A stretch of DNA of 63,919 nt, counting the filler, from Octopus bimaculoides (taxonomy: Eukaryota), in assembly GCF_001194135.2 (NCBI RefSeq). It is 9 parts of 8 records of this genome, joined end to end, with 100 filler letters (N's around TTAATTAATTAA, not from the genome) between each part and the next. Parts side by side here need not be neighbours in the genome. Positions count along the whole stretch, not along the records: positions 62,585 to 63,919 come from NW_026438247.1; 8 more parts are not named here. The stretch is one strand, 5' to 3'. Within the stretch, counting starts at the first letter, position 1. Every line of letters begins with the position of its first letter. Of this stretch, positions 63,789 to 63,919 are shown in pieces. The notes beneath the pieces were generated by a model. It ran no database searches, was not told the DNA's origin, and worked only from the letters and a program-made list of their open reading frames with translations. The position numbers and the translations under genes were made by a program.

Positions 63789-63919
63789 ATCTCTTAAATA
63801 TAGAACTGGAAGAGGCTAGTTAGCCATTCAGAAACACACAAAACCATTAGCTTCACTAACGTATTTATTTGTAATATGGTGTCAAGATTTTTGACACTTG
63901 AAACTGCAACCTGTTCACT

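Overview
AT-rich animal genomic DNA, almost certainly from a cephalopod and probably Octopus (inferred from the SINE families, extreme microsatellite density and LINE/mariner content). It comes from a gappy short-read-type scaffold with many N-runs and eight artificial TTAATTAATTAA spacers. I find no host protein-coding gene that I can support, so the window reads as intergenic or deep-intronic. Nearly all long ORFs in the track are N-run or microsatellite artefacts, or fragments of dead transposons. Recognisable content: (1) five fragments of REL-endonuclease non-LTR retrotransposons (R4/Dong-like), plus an isolated 3' UTR; (2) one RTE-clade LINE; (3) three mariners of different subfamilies, one a fold-back made of two 5' ends; (4) an internally deleted Helitron with an intact 3' hairpin+CTAG end; (5) a Penelope GIY-YIG remnant and several Penelope-type terminal-repeat pieces; (6) many tRNA-derived SINEs of at least four families. 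The most unusual structures are a palindromic element with two back-to-back tRNA-like heads and a hammerhead-like motif (16.6-16.9 kb, second copy at 63.3-63.8 kb), a GGAACTTTCCAGGAAGT minisatellite that begins exactly at the last codons of a LINE (15.3-15.9 kb), and a locally clustered unclassified repeat forming a fold-back (42.5-44.3 kb). No CRISPR array, rRNA or intact tRNA was seen. Boundaries of decayed repeats are approximate (about +/-20 bp), and family names come from motif recognition, not database searches.
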